Part shown: positions 9,006 to 17,197 of the stretch, one piece after another
Position numbering within the stretch: position 1 is the first letter of the stretch
Layout: the number at the start of each line of letters is the position of its first letter
Assembly: GCA_041440805.1 (NCBI GenBank)
Contig: JASDVF010000050.1
Coordinates: forward strand, 77,012-141,011
DNA from: Myxococcota bacterium
GTDB taxonomy: Bacteria; Myxococcota_A; UBA9160; UBA4427
Length of the DNA stretch: 64,000 nt
Direction: 5' to 3'
Notes under the pieces: generated by a model
Told to the model about the DNA's origin: nothing
The model's input: only the letters and a program-made list of their open reading frames with translations
Database searches by the model: none
Made by a program: the position numbers and the translations under genes

Positions 9006-9554
9006 ATGGACGAAAAAACACTGATCGCCCTCGATCCTACGAGCGGCCCCCTTGAGCGCAAAGACGATCGGGCGCTTCCCGCCCGCGTCGCTTCGCTTTC
9101 GGGGCATGTACTCGGCCTCGTGGCCAATGGACTCGGTGAATCCAAGTCCTTCCTGGACGCCGTGTACGGGGAGCTCACGAGCGCAGACGACACCCTCGCC
9201 GCGGTGCGTGTCCTAAAGCCGAGTGTCTCCGTCGCGCCGGAGCGACCGGATTGGGCTCGGCTCACCTCGGAGACCTCGCTGGCGATTGCCGGCTTCGGGG
9301 GTTGAGGCAGCTGCTCTGCGCGCAGTTTGCGCGACGCGATCGAGCTCGAGTGGGCGGGAATTCCGACCGCCGCCATCATCCACAAAGCCGTCGAGGGCTC
9401 TGCCCAAGCGATGGCTCGACTATCGGGAGTGCCCGATTTCGAGTTCATCCTGATCGACTACCCGGCCATCCCGACGGCCATCTGGAATCAAGATGAAATT
9501 CGCGATCTGGCACGAGAGGTCGCTCCCAAAGTGCGTGCCCGTCTGACGAGCTGA
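9006..9554 (+). CDS. UGSC-motif selenoprotein (copy 1); TGA 9303-9305 read as selenocysteine (residue 100 of 182)
   Basis: Listed ORFs 8991-9305 and 9327-9554 are in the same frame, separated only by TGA plus 7 sense codons. Read-through gives ..GFGG-U-GSCSARSLRD... The paralog at 32484-33011 has TGA at the homologous column in the same U-G-S-C context. A SECIS-like hairpin lies downstream. AAGGA is 6 nt upstream of ATG 9006. Confidence 0.8.
9319..9333 (+). promoter_or_regulatory. SECIS-like recoding hairpin for UGA 9303-9305
   Basis: CGCGCA-GUU-UGCGCG: a 5-6 bp GC-rich stem with G-U in the apical loop, starting 13 nt after the UGA. Confidence 0.6.
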
Positions 9555-9612
9555 ACCTCCAGAAACTCCGTCTACCATTGTTCCGAGCTCCAAATAAAAT
9601 ACAGGAAGAGCC

Positions 9613-9858
9613 ATGTCAGAAGCCGTGCAACAAGTTGTCGAGCAATTCAACGAGATCGTTAAACCCGATGGCGGACAGGTTCGTCTCTGCGAATTCGACA
9701 GCGGCGTGCTGCGCGTGAGCTATCGACCTGGCGTGAACGAAGAATGCGCGGAGTGCGTAATGGAGCCGGAAGCACTCGGCGCCATGATGCATGACATGCT
9801 CAAAGGACTGAGCGACGACGTATTGCGCGTCGAAGTCGAAACTGAAAAGGAATCATGA
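9613..9858 (+). CDS. NifU/Nfu-like small CxxC protein
   Basis: 81 aa. The pattern ..VKPDGGQVRL..FDSGVLRVSY....CAEC......LGAMMHDML resembles the NifU C-terminal (Nfu) domain with one CxxC pair. AGGAAGAG precedes the ATG. Confidence 0.65.
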   Translation: MSEAVQQVVEQFNEIVKPDGGQVRLCEFDSGVLRVSYRPGVNEECAECVMEPEALGAMMHDMLKGLSDDVLRVEVETEKES

Positions 9859-10652
9859 TGCCGATCCCATCTCCGACCATCGATCTCACCGACCGCGTCG
9901 CGCTCGTCACAGGAGCGGCCTCCGGTATTGGCCGTGCGGCCGCGCGCCGTTATGCCGAAGCGGGAGCCCGCGTCATGTGCGCGGACATCGACGCCGACGG
10001 CGCAAAGCAAACAAGCGAGTCGATTCTTGCCGATGGCGGGAACGCCGCCTCCCTAGGACTCGACGTGACCGACGAAAGCGCGGTCGAGAAGAGCCTCACA
10101 CAAACCATCGACGCCCTCGGTGGGTTCGACATCCTCTTCAATAATGCGGGCGTCGGCGGCGGCGACTATCAACAGACCATCGAAGTCAATCAGAACGGCG
10201 TCTACTACGGCCTCAAGCACGGAGCGGCTCTCTTAGCGGAGCGTGGCGGAGGTGCGATCGTCAACACCGCCTCGATCGCCGGCTTACAGGGCCTCGTCTC
10301 ACCCCTTTCCGACCATTCAGGAGGCGGACCCGCTTCTATGACCGAAGGCGGGGGCATCGCTTATGTCGCCTCAAAGCATGCTGTCGTCGGCATGACGGCT
10401 CAGTTCGCGATTTCGTACGCCAAGCTTGGCGTTCGCGTAAACGCCGTCGCCCCCGGCTATATCGAAACGCCTATGACCTCATTGTTGCGCGAGGATCTGC
10501 AGGTCCAGCACGAATACGAGCAGCTCCATCCGATGGGGCGTCTCGGCCAAGCGGATGAAATCGCAACGGCAGCGGTATTCCTATCGAGCGATGCCGCATC
10601 CTTCATCACGGGACACACGCTTCCCGTCGACGGCGGGTACTCGTGCCGTTAG
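9855..10652 (+). CDS. SDR family oxidoreductase
   Basis: TGAASGIGRA Rossmann motif and YxxxK (YVASKHAV). ATG 9855 overlaps the stop of the upstream gene (ATGA). Confidence 0.85.
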   Translation: MMPIPSPTIDLTDRVALVTGAASGIGRAAARRYAEAGARVMCADIDADGAKQTSESILADGGNAASLGLDVTDESAVEKSLTQTIDALGGFDILFNNAGVGGGDYQQTIEVNQNGVYYGLKHGAALLAERGGGAIVNTASIAGLQGLVSPLSDHSGGGPASMTEGGGIAYVASKHAVVGMTAQFAISYAKLGVRVNAVAPGYIETPMTSLLREDLQVQHEYEQLHPMGRLGQADEIATAAVFLSSDAASFITGHTLPVDGGYSCR

Positions 10653-10972
10653 GCGCGTCGAGCTAGAAGACTCGCACGCGCGCGCACAATCATGATCTCA
10701 AGCGCAAGCCAGCTCGCAAACAATAGTGAAAAGCACACCATCACGATATCGCCGGTCGCTTGCACACAGGAATGAGTGATCCGTAACAGCGTGAATGCCC
10801 ATGCGCAGGTAACGAAGAGCGAATCAGCTTCGCCGAGCACAGCAATCATCAAGACAACCACGTAGAAGAGCGTCGGTTATTCAAAGAGATGATTGTAAGT
10901 GTTGGCAACTCTCTCGATCTCTCCCGGAAGAAGATCGCGCAAGCGTGATAGGATCGAGCCGGAGGTACAAAC

Positions 10973-11893
10973 ATGTCCCGCGCCCATGAACTGCTCCCGA
11001 TTCCCGACCGCAGCTTGCCCGAAGAGCCTATGCCTGGCCTCGAGCTCACGGATAGGCACCGCTCCGAGCTCGAAATCGGCGAACGCTTCGTCCCGGGTCC
11101 TGCGGGCGAGCCCGACGTACGCGTCGTCGTCTATCGACCTCGCGCCCTCGAAGGGCGACTACCGATCCTGCTTCACATTCACGGCGGCGCGTTCTGCATC
11201 CTGCACCCCGAGTCCTTTGCTGGCATGGAAGCCAACTGGGCTCTGGGCCATGGCTGCGTTGTCGTTTCCGTCGACTATCGATTGGCGCCAGAACATCCCT
11301 TCCCCGCGGCACCGGACGATTGTTATGCCGCTCTGCAATGGGTCGGGAAGAACGCGGATGACCTAGGCATCGACCTCAACCGCCTGGTCGTCACCGGAGG
11401 CAGTGCCGGAGGTGCCCTCACCGCCGCACTCGCCATGATGGTGCGCGATCGCGGGGGCCCCAAAATTGCCTACCAAGCGCTTCTTATCCCGGTGACCGAC
11501 GACCGCATGACGACGCCTTCTATGGCCCAAGCCGGTGCGGAAACGCCGGGCTTCAATTCCGTGGGCGCGGTAGGGATGTGGCTTCACTATCTCGGCGAGG
11601 ACTACGATCGGTCTTCAACTTCGCCCTATGCCGCCCCGGCGAGGGCGGAGAACTTCGCGGATCTCCCCCCGGCCTTCATCCAGACGAACGGTCTCGATCC
11701 GCTTCGAGACGAAGGGATCGAGTACGGTTTGAAGCTGCTTGCCGCGGGCATCCCCGTCGAGCTCTACAACTGCCCGGGCGCCTATCATGGTGCGCCGCCC
11801 CTGGATTCACGCACAGCGGGTCTCTCCTTCCAGATCTACAACGCAGCACTCGGAGCCGCGCTTAATCCCGACGAACCCACAAGCGGGCTCTAA
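10973..11893 (+). CDS. Alpha/beta hydrolase, hormone-sensitive-lipase-like esterase
   Basis: Oxyanion motif LLHIHGGAF and nucleophile elbow GGSAGG. Confidence 0.85.
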   Translation: MSRAHELLPIPDRSLPEEPMPGLELTDRHRSELEIGERFVPGPAGEPDVRVVVYRPRALEGRLPILLHIHGGAFCILHPESFAGMEANWALGHGCVVVSVDYRLAPEHPFPAAPDDCYAALQWVGKNADDLGIDLNRLVVTGGSAGGALTAALAMMVRDRGGPKIAYQALLIPVTDDRMTTPSMAQAGAETPGFNSVGAVGMWLHYLGEDYDRSSTSPYAAPARAENFADLPPAFIQTNGLDPLRDEGIEYGLKLLAAGIPVELYNCPGAYHGAPPLDSRTAGLSFQIYNAALGAALNPDEPTSGL

Positions 11894-11975
11894 GAACCGC
11901 GCCTCGACCTACAACACCGTAACGCCCCATCGCCAATTTAATCCACAAAATAATGGCTACCACGAAAGACAAGAC

Positions 11976-13025
11976 ATGACCGAACTCAGAGGTCTCGACG
12001 CCCCTTCCGTCACAGACTGGCTCCACACAAATGTTCCTCAAGCCCAAGGTCCACTCACCTTCGAGTTAGTCGCCGCCGGCGGCTCTAATCTCACTTATAT
12101 CGTGACGCGGGAAGACGGCACGCGATGGGCCCTGCGGCGACCGCCTGAACGAGCGCGAATTGCGACCGCCCACGAGATGAGTCGCGAATGGAAAATCATC
12201 TCGGCGCTCGCCGCGCATCCAGAATGCGGCATTCCCGTTCCGGAAGCGGTTGCGTTCTGCGACGACGACGCGGTCAATGGGGCCGAATTCTACGTGATGG
12301 GCTTTGCGGACGGACTCATCTTACGCGGCCCCGAGGAAGCAAAGGGACTCGACGAGTCTCAGTGTCGACGCGCCGCCGAATCCTTGATCGATGTTCAGGT
12401 CGCGATGGCAAAGCTCGACGTAGATGCCGTGGGACTCGGCGACCTCGGTCGCAAGGAAGCCTATGTAGAGCGGCAACTCGCGCGCTGGCTCAGGCAATTC
12501 GAAGCGTCGATTCCTGAAGGCCAAGCGGGAACACCGCAAATCTACGAACTCCACGAACAGCTCTTGAAATCCGTACCCCCGCAACAAGCCTGCGGCCTGG
12601 TCCACGGCGACTACCGCTTCGACAATACGGTCCTCGGACCCGACCAGCGAATCATCGCCGTGCTCGACTGGGAACTTTGCACCTTAGGAGATCCCGTCGC
12701 CGACTTCGTATGGTCTGTCCTCTACTGGACGAATCCCGACGAAGAACACGATTTCGGCTCGCCCTCCCCGACTCGCCACCCCGCCTTCCCCCGACGAGAA
12801 GAGGCGATCGCACTCTACACGGAGCGGTCAGGCTTCGATCTTTCGACCCTCGCCTACTACGAAACGTTCAGCTGGTGGAAGATGGCGTGTCTCCTAGAAG
12901 GCGTCGCCGCGCGGCTTCGAGCAGGTGCGGGCGGAGGACTTGCCGGCGGAGGCCAGGGCGACATCGTTCGCCAGCGAATCGACACCATGCTCAAACAGGC
13001 CACAGCCCGCGCAAGAGATCTTTAG
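11976..13025 (+). CDS. Phosphotransferase family protein (APH/ChoK-like kinase)
   Basis: Catalytic loop VHGDYRFDN and VLDWELCTLGDP. ATG 11976 is chosen because the listed upstream codons overlap the esterase gene and are low complexity. Confidence 0.8.
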   Translation: MTELRGLDAPSVTDWLHTNVPQAQGPLTFELVAAGGSNLTYIVTREDGTRWALRRPPERARIATAHEMSREWKIISALAAHPECGIPVPEAVAFCDDDAVNGAEFYVMGFADGLILRGPEEAKGLDESQCRRAAESLIDVQVAMAKLDVDAVGLGDLGRKEAYVERQLARWLRQFEASIPEGQAGTPQIYELHEQLLKSVPPQQACGLVHGDYRFDNTVLGPDQRIIAVLDWELCTLGDPVADFVWSVLYWTNPDEEHDFGSPSPTRHPAFPRREEAIALYTERSGFDLSTLAYYETFSWWKMACLLEGVAARLRAGAGGGLAGGGQGDIVRQRIDTMLKQATARARDL

Positions 13026-13052
13026 CTATCTATTAGGCCACTCATGAGGTGC

Positions 13053-13493
13053 CTATCGAACGGGGCCCGAACGATCTTCCGGATCGAGCAGGATTTCGAT
13101 CAACGTTCCGAATCCAGGAACCGCATCGGGGCGGAGTCTCGTGAAGACATCCTTCGTGTAAGTCGAGTCGTCGAGCACGGCGCGAGCGCGCCCCGCGAAC
13201 GACTCTCCCAAGACGAAAACTTTGACCGTATGTGGCCCGCCTTCGAGTTCTTTCCACCATCGCCCGTCGGCCCCCGCGTAAACGCGACCGTCCTCGAGCA
13301 AGAAATTGACAGGGATCATCCGAGCGCTCGGCAGGGTTAACAACATGACCTTCGCCGCGCGCTCTCCCGTAGGATTCGCACGCACTTCCTGCGCCACGTC
13401 GGGATTCGTCATTCGCGCATGAACCGACATCAGTAGCGGCAGGCCGAGAGCAAGGCCGACTACGACAGCTACAGCAATCCCAAGTCTCTTCAT
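13053..13493 (-). CDS. Signal-anchored hypothetical protein (weak split-barrel/DUF385-like resemblance)
   Basis: ATG 13493 is preceded by AAGGAG. N-terminal MKRLGIAVAVVVGLALGLPLLM. The longer listed ORF (to 13904) is Arg-rich and overlaps the next gene. Confidence 0.5.
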   Translation of the reverse strand: MKRLGIAVAVVVGLALGLPLLMSVHARMTNPDVAQEVRANPTGERAAKVMLLTLPSARMIPVNFLLEDGRVYAGADGRWWKELEGGPHTVKVFVLGESFAGRARAVLDDSTYTKDVFTRLRPDAVPGFGTLIEILLDPEDRSGPVR

Positions 13494-13603
13494 TTGCTCT
13501 CCTTCGCCGGCTCCATAGACACGGAACTGGCGGATGCAGTCAAGTCTGACGCCCGTCTCGCGAGAAGCCAGCCTTGGCCCGCAAGCGCCTTCGCCGAAGT
13601 GGC

Positions 13604-13975
13604 CTAATACCAGGCCCTGAGACTTTCGATTTTCCCATCCGCAGCAAAGCGGATGACATAAATCACGTCCATCGCTGGAGGACTCCCCGGCGCGTCCAAC
13701 GAAGCACGCACATGTGCGACTAATTCGTCGCCGCCTACGAGCGCTGGGCCTACAGGATCGACCCGCATCGTCCCGTTTCGGAGATAGGTCCCCGAATAGA
13801 AAGACCGGATTGCCGCAAGACCCGTCCAGGCCGGCGTGCCCACGGGATCTTCGACCACGGCGGATGATGAGAAAAGCTCGAGGACGCCCTCCAGATCGTT
13901 GCATGCATGGCGCTTCCGATAGGCTGCGAACGCTGCCTCAGACGCATCTCTCAGATCTCTGCTGTCCACACCCAA
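13604..13975 (-). CDS. SnoaL/NTF2-like (ketosteroid-isomerase-like) protein
   Basis: 123 aa with the typical pattern ..DLEGVLELFSSSAVVEDPVG...IRSFY.. of the NTF2-like fold. Confidence 0.7.
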   Translation of the reverse strand: MGVDSRDLRDASEAAFAAYRKRHACNDLEGVLELFSSSAVVEDPVGTPAWTGLAAIRSFYSGTYLRNGTMRVDPVGPALVGGDELVAHVRASLDAPGSPPAMDVIYVIRFAADGKIESLRAWY

Positions 13976-14092
13976 ACTCCCTGCGGATTGACTTCCGGAA
14001 TGCCACTCGATCGGTCTAGAATAGAAGACCGGAGCCCTTTGGCGGGATCCTGTTTCGCTTTTCAGTCAATCCCATTAGGAGATCATCGAATC

Positions 14093-15907
14093 ATGGACGC
14101 CAGGACCTTCGGACGCGACATCGCTCATATCAATCTCTCCGCGGGAACCGTCGAGAATCGGCCCGCCCCGCCTGAGTGGGTTGAGAAATATATCGGCGCA
14201 CGCGGGCTCGGTGTACGTTATGTCCTCGAGAACGGCCCCAACGTCGAGCCGCTCTCCCCGGAAAATATTCTCTGCTTCATGAACGGCCCGCTCTCCGGAA
14301 GCGAGATGAGCATGAGTGGCCGATGGGCCGCGGTCACCAAGAGTCCGCTCACGAATACAGTGACGGATAGCCATCAGGGTGGCTGGAGCGCGGCGCGGGT
14401 CCGCTGGGCTGGATTCGATGGCCTCATTTTTGAAGGTCGAGCCGATGCACCCGTCTATGTGTTCATCGAAGACGGCGAAATTTCGATTCGTGATGCCAGT
14501 GACACCTGGGGCATGGGCATTCATGAAACTGTTGCCTTCTATCAGGAGCGCTACGGGAAAAAGAATCTCTCCGTCAACGCCATAGGTCAGGCCGGCGAAA
14601 ATCTCTCCCGCTTCGCCGTTTGGGTCAACGAAGATGATCGCGCCTTCGGTCGCGGCGGCACCGGTGCCGTCGGTGGCAGCAAGAACCTCAAGGCGATCAT
14701 CGTTCGCGCAGCCAACAAGAAGAGCGATGTCCCGGACAAAGATGCCTGGCAGGCCGCTCGAAAATTGGCACTCAACACAATCCGCGACGAGAAAAATATC
14801 ACGAGCCCCAAAAAAGGCGGGCTTTCGGTCTACGGCACGAATGTGCTCATGAACGTAACGAATAGTATCGGCGCGTTAGGCGTCCGAAATAGCCAGCTCA
14901 CTTCTTTCGGCGAGCGCGCAGAGTCCCTCTCCGGCGAGTACGTCGAGGAAAATATTCTTGTAGGAAACCCGACGTGTCACGCCTGCCCCGTCGCCTGCAA
15001 GAAGGAAGTCGAAATCAAGGACGGCCCGTGGAAGGGCCTGAAGATGGAAAGTGTCGAATACGAGCCGGCCTGGGCGCTGGGCTCGAATTGCGACGTCGAC
15101 GATATTCGCTCGGTCGCGAAGCTGATCGATCAATGCAACGACTACGGCCTCGACCCGATCGAACTCGGCAATGTCTACTCCGTCTTCATGGAATGCACCG
15201 AAGAAGGCCTAACGAACGGGGAATCTCTCGCTTGGGGCGACGATGCGGCTATGGTGGCGCTGACTGAAAAACTCGCGCTCCGAGAAGGCATCGGGGACAA
15301 GCTCGCGGACGGGGCCGTCATCACGGCTCAGAATTTCGGACGTCCCGAAGCGGCGATGGCCTGCAAGGGCCAAGCGGTCGCGGCCTATGATCCGCGGGGA
15401 CTCAAGGGTATGGGACTGGGTTATGCGACGAGTAATCGCGGCGCCTGCCATCTGCGGGCGTATGTCGCGGCGGCGGAACTCGGGGTGATCGGCATCGAAG
15501 CGGACCCGCTTGAATGGAGAGGCAAAGGAGAACTAGTCATGACCTTCCAGGATCTCGCAGCCTTCTCCGACAGCCTAGACCTCTGCAAGTTCAGCGCATT
15601 CGCGCAGGGCGCGGACGAGTATGCCGCTCAGTGGAGCGGCGCCATGGGGATTGAGTGCACCGCCGAAGACGTCATGAAGGCGGGGGAGCGCGTCTACAAT
15701 CTCGAGCGCTACTACAACAACTTGGCTGGCTTCGGCGAAGGCAGCGACACCTTGCCAAAGCGCTTCACCGAGGAAGCTTCGACGCTCTCCGGCTCCAAGG
15801 GCCATGTTTCGGAGCTCGACCAGATGCTCGTCGAGTACTACGACGTCCGCGGCTGGAAGAACGGCGTCGTTCCCCAGGCGAAACTCGATGAGCTTCAAAT
15901 TCCCTAA
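14093..15907 (+). CDS. aor: Aldehyde:ferredoxin oxidoreductase family (tungsto-/molybdopterin enzyme)
   Basis: 604 aa from ATG 14093. 4Fe-4S ligand motif CHACPVAC plus a distal Cys in GLGYATSNRGACHLR, and a pterin-binding-type DSLDLCKF motif. The N-terminal MDARTFGRDIAHINLSAGTVE is typical of AOR. Confidence 0.9.
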   Translation: MDARTFGRDIAHINLSAGTVENRPAPPEWVEKYIGARGLGVRYVLENGPNVEPLSPENILCFMNGPLSGSEMSMSGRWAAVTKSPLTNTVTDSHQGGWSAARVRWAGFDGLIFEGRADAPVYVFIEDGEISIRDASDTWGMGIHETVAFYQERYGKKNLSVNAIGQAGENLSRFAVWVNEDDRAFGRGGTGAVGGSKNLKAIIVRAANKKSDVPDKDAWQAARKLALNTIRDEKNITSPKKGGLSVYGTNVLMNVTNSIGALGVRNSQLTSFGERAESLSGEYVEENILVGNPTCHACPVACKKEVEIKDGPWKGLKMESVEYEPAWALGSNCDVDDIRSVAKLIDQCNDYGLDPIELGNVYSVFMECTEEGLTNGESLAWGDDAAMVALTEKLALREGIGDKLADGAVITAQNFGRPEAAMACKGQAVAAYDPRGLKGMGLGYATSNRGACHLRAYVAAAELGVIGIEADPLEWRGKGELVMTFQDLAAFSDSLDLCKFSAFAQGADEYAAQWSGAMGIECTAEDVMKAGERVYNLERYYNNLAGFGEGSDTLPKRFTEEASTLSGSKGHVSELDQMLVEYYDVRGWKNGVVPQAKLDELQIP

Positions 15908-15922
15908 CGTCGTCGCGATCGC

Positions 15923-16201
15923 CTAACCACCTGCGACAGCGGGGAAGAACTCGATCGTACGGGATGCGTCGACTTGGGTCGCCATTCCATCCGGAAGAAA
16001 CTTCGAACTACGCCCATCCACAAAAAGATGGATGTAGCGGTCGAGCTTTCCATCCTCGTCGAGGACCTCTTCTCGCAGGTCTGGATAGGCTGCGACCACA
16101 GCCTCGAGAATCTGCTCAAGCGTGCACGTTTCGGGTAAATCGATCTCGACATGTTTCTGTCCGACGATTTTTCGGAGCGTCGCGTAGAAGCTGATCCGCA
16201 T
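15923..16201 (-). CDS. MoaD/ThiS-family beta-grasp protein with C-terminal Gly-Gly
   Basis: 92 aa ending ..IEFFPAVAGG, with MoaD-like sequence. Start at ATG 16201 (alternative 16222). The listed 163-aa ORF has an implausible N-terminal extension. Confidence 0.7.
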   Translation of the reverse strand: MRISFYATLRKIVGQKHVEIDLPETCTLEQILEAVVAAYPDLREEVLDEDGKLDRYIHLFVDGRSSKFLPDGMATQVDASRTIEFFPAVAGG

Positions 16202-16258
16202 CGAGGAAGTGTAGAGTCTCATCCGAGAGCAAGCGAACCCCAGCACACAGGAGCTCCT

Positions 16259-17110
16259 ATGAAGGTCGGTATGAATCTTTTCCTCTGGACCGATGACCCG
16301 GTCGATGAGGCCCATCTGCCGCTCTACGCTCGTTTGAAGGATATGGGCTTCGATGGCATCGAGTTGCCGATCTTCAATCCGGATCCAGAGAAATTCGCGC
16401 AGCTCGGCGCACAACTAGACAACCTCGGACTCGAGCGAACCGCGATCACCATCTGCAATCCCGAGAACGATCCAATTTCCCCAGACGCCTCCATCCGGAA
16501 AGCTGCGAGCGAGCGACTCGAGCGCGTCGTCGACAGCTGCGAAGCCGTCGGATCCTCGCTCCTTGGCGGGCCACTTTACGCCGCGATCGGGCAATTCAGT
16601 GGCGCCGGCGCAACGGAAGCTGAATGGGAGCGCAGCCTCTCCGTGATACGCGGCGTCGCCGATTACGCTGCCCGCGCGAACATTAAGCTGAGTTTCGAAT
16701 TCCTCAATCGATTCGAGATCTATCTGCTCAATTCAACCGAAGACACCGCTAAGTACGTGAAGGAGTTGGACCGGCCTAACGTCGGGATCCACTATGACAC
16801 GTTCCACGCCCACATCGAAGAAAAAGATTCACCCCACGCAATCCGCGCTCATGCGGACGCGATCACACACGTACACATTTCAGAGAATGATCGAAGTACC
16901 CCCGGGCGTGGCCAGGTTGCCTGGGACAGCACCTTCGACGCCCTCGCCCAGAGCGGCTACGACGGCTGGCTGACCATCGAAGCATTTGGCGGCACCCTGC
17001 CCTCCCTGGCCGCTGCGACCAAAATTTGGCGTAAGATGTTCGAAGACGAAGAGACGCTTGCCCGCGAGGGCCACGATTTCATTCGCCGCGAATGGGCGAA
17101 GCGCACCTGA
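16259..17110 (+). CDS. Sugar phosphate isomerase/epimerase (xylose-isomerase-like TIM barrel)
   Basis: MKVGMNLFLW.., FEFLNRFE and HVHISENDR..PGRG motifs. CAGGAG precedes ATG 16259. Confidence 0.85.
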   Translation: MKVGMNLFLWTDDPVDEAHLPLYARLKDMGFDGIELPIFNPDPEKFAQLGAQLDNLGLERTAITICNPENDPISPDASIRKAASERLERVVDSCEAVGSSLLGGPLYAAIGQFSGAGATEAEWERSLSVIRGVADYAARANIKLSFEFLNRFEIYLLNSTEDTAKYVKELDRPNVGIHYDTFHAHIEEKDSPHAIRAHADAITHVHISENDRSTPGRGQVAWDSTFDALAQSGYDGWLTIEAFGGTLPSLAAATKIWRKMFEDEETLAREGHDFIRREWAKRT

Positions 17111-17197
17111 TCGCGGGTCCTAAACGACACCCCGGAGCCTAACCCGCGCTACCCAGGCCGACTTCGATCGGCACGCGCGCGAAAGGAAGATGAATTC

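Noticed and set aside
8294-9448. 384-aa minus-strand ORF covering selenoprotein locus 1
   Set aside because: It is antisense to two well-supported plus-strand genes. Its Ala/Ser/Arg-rich low-complexity composition is typical of antisense frames in GC-rich DNA.
10649-10861. 70-aa hydrophobic minus-strand ORF, possibly a MAPEG-like C-terminal fragment
   Set aside because: It is too short, has no recognisable start context, and overlaps the SDR stop. It could be a remnant, but I cannot support a call.
13053-13904. 283-aa minus-strand ORF read as one gene
   Set aside because: The N-terminal 137 codons are Arg/Gly-rich and overlap the SnoaL-like gene in another frame. An internal ATG (13493) has a strong AAGGAG and a signal peptide.
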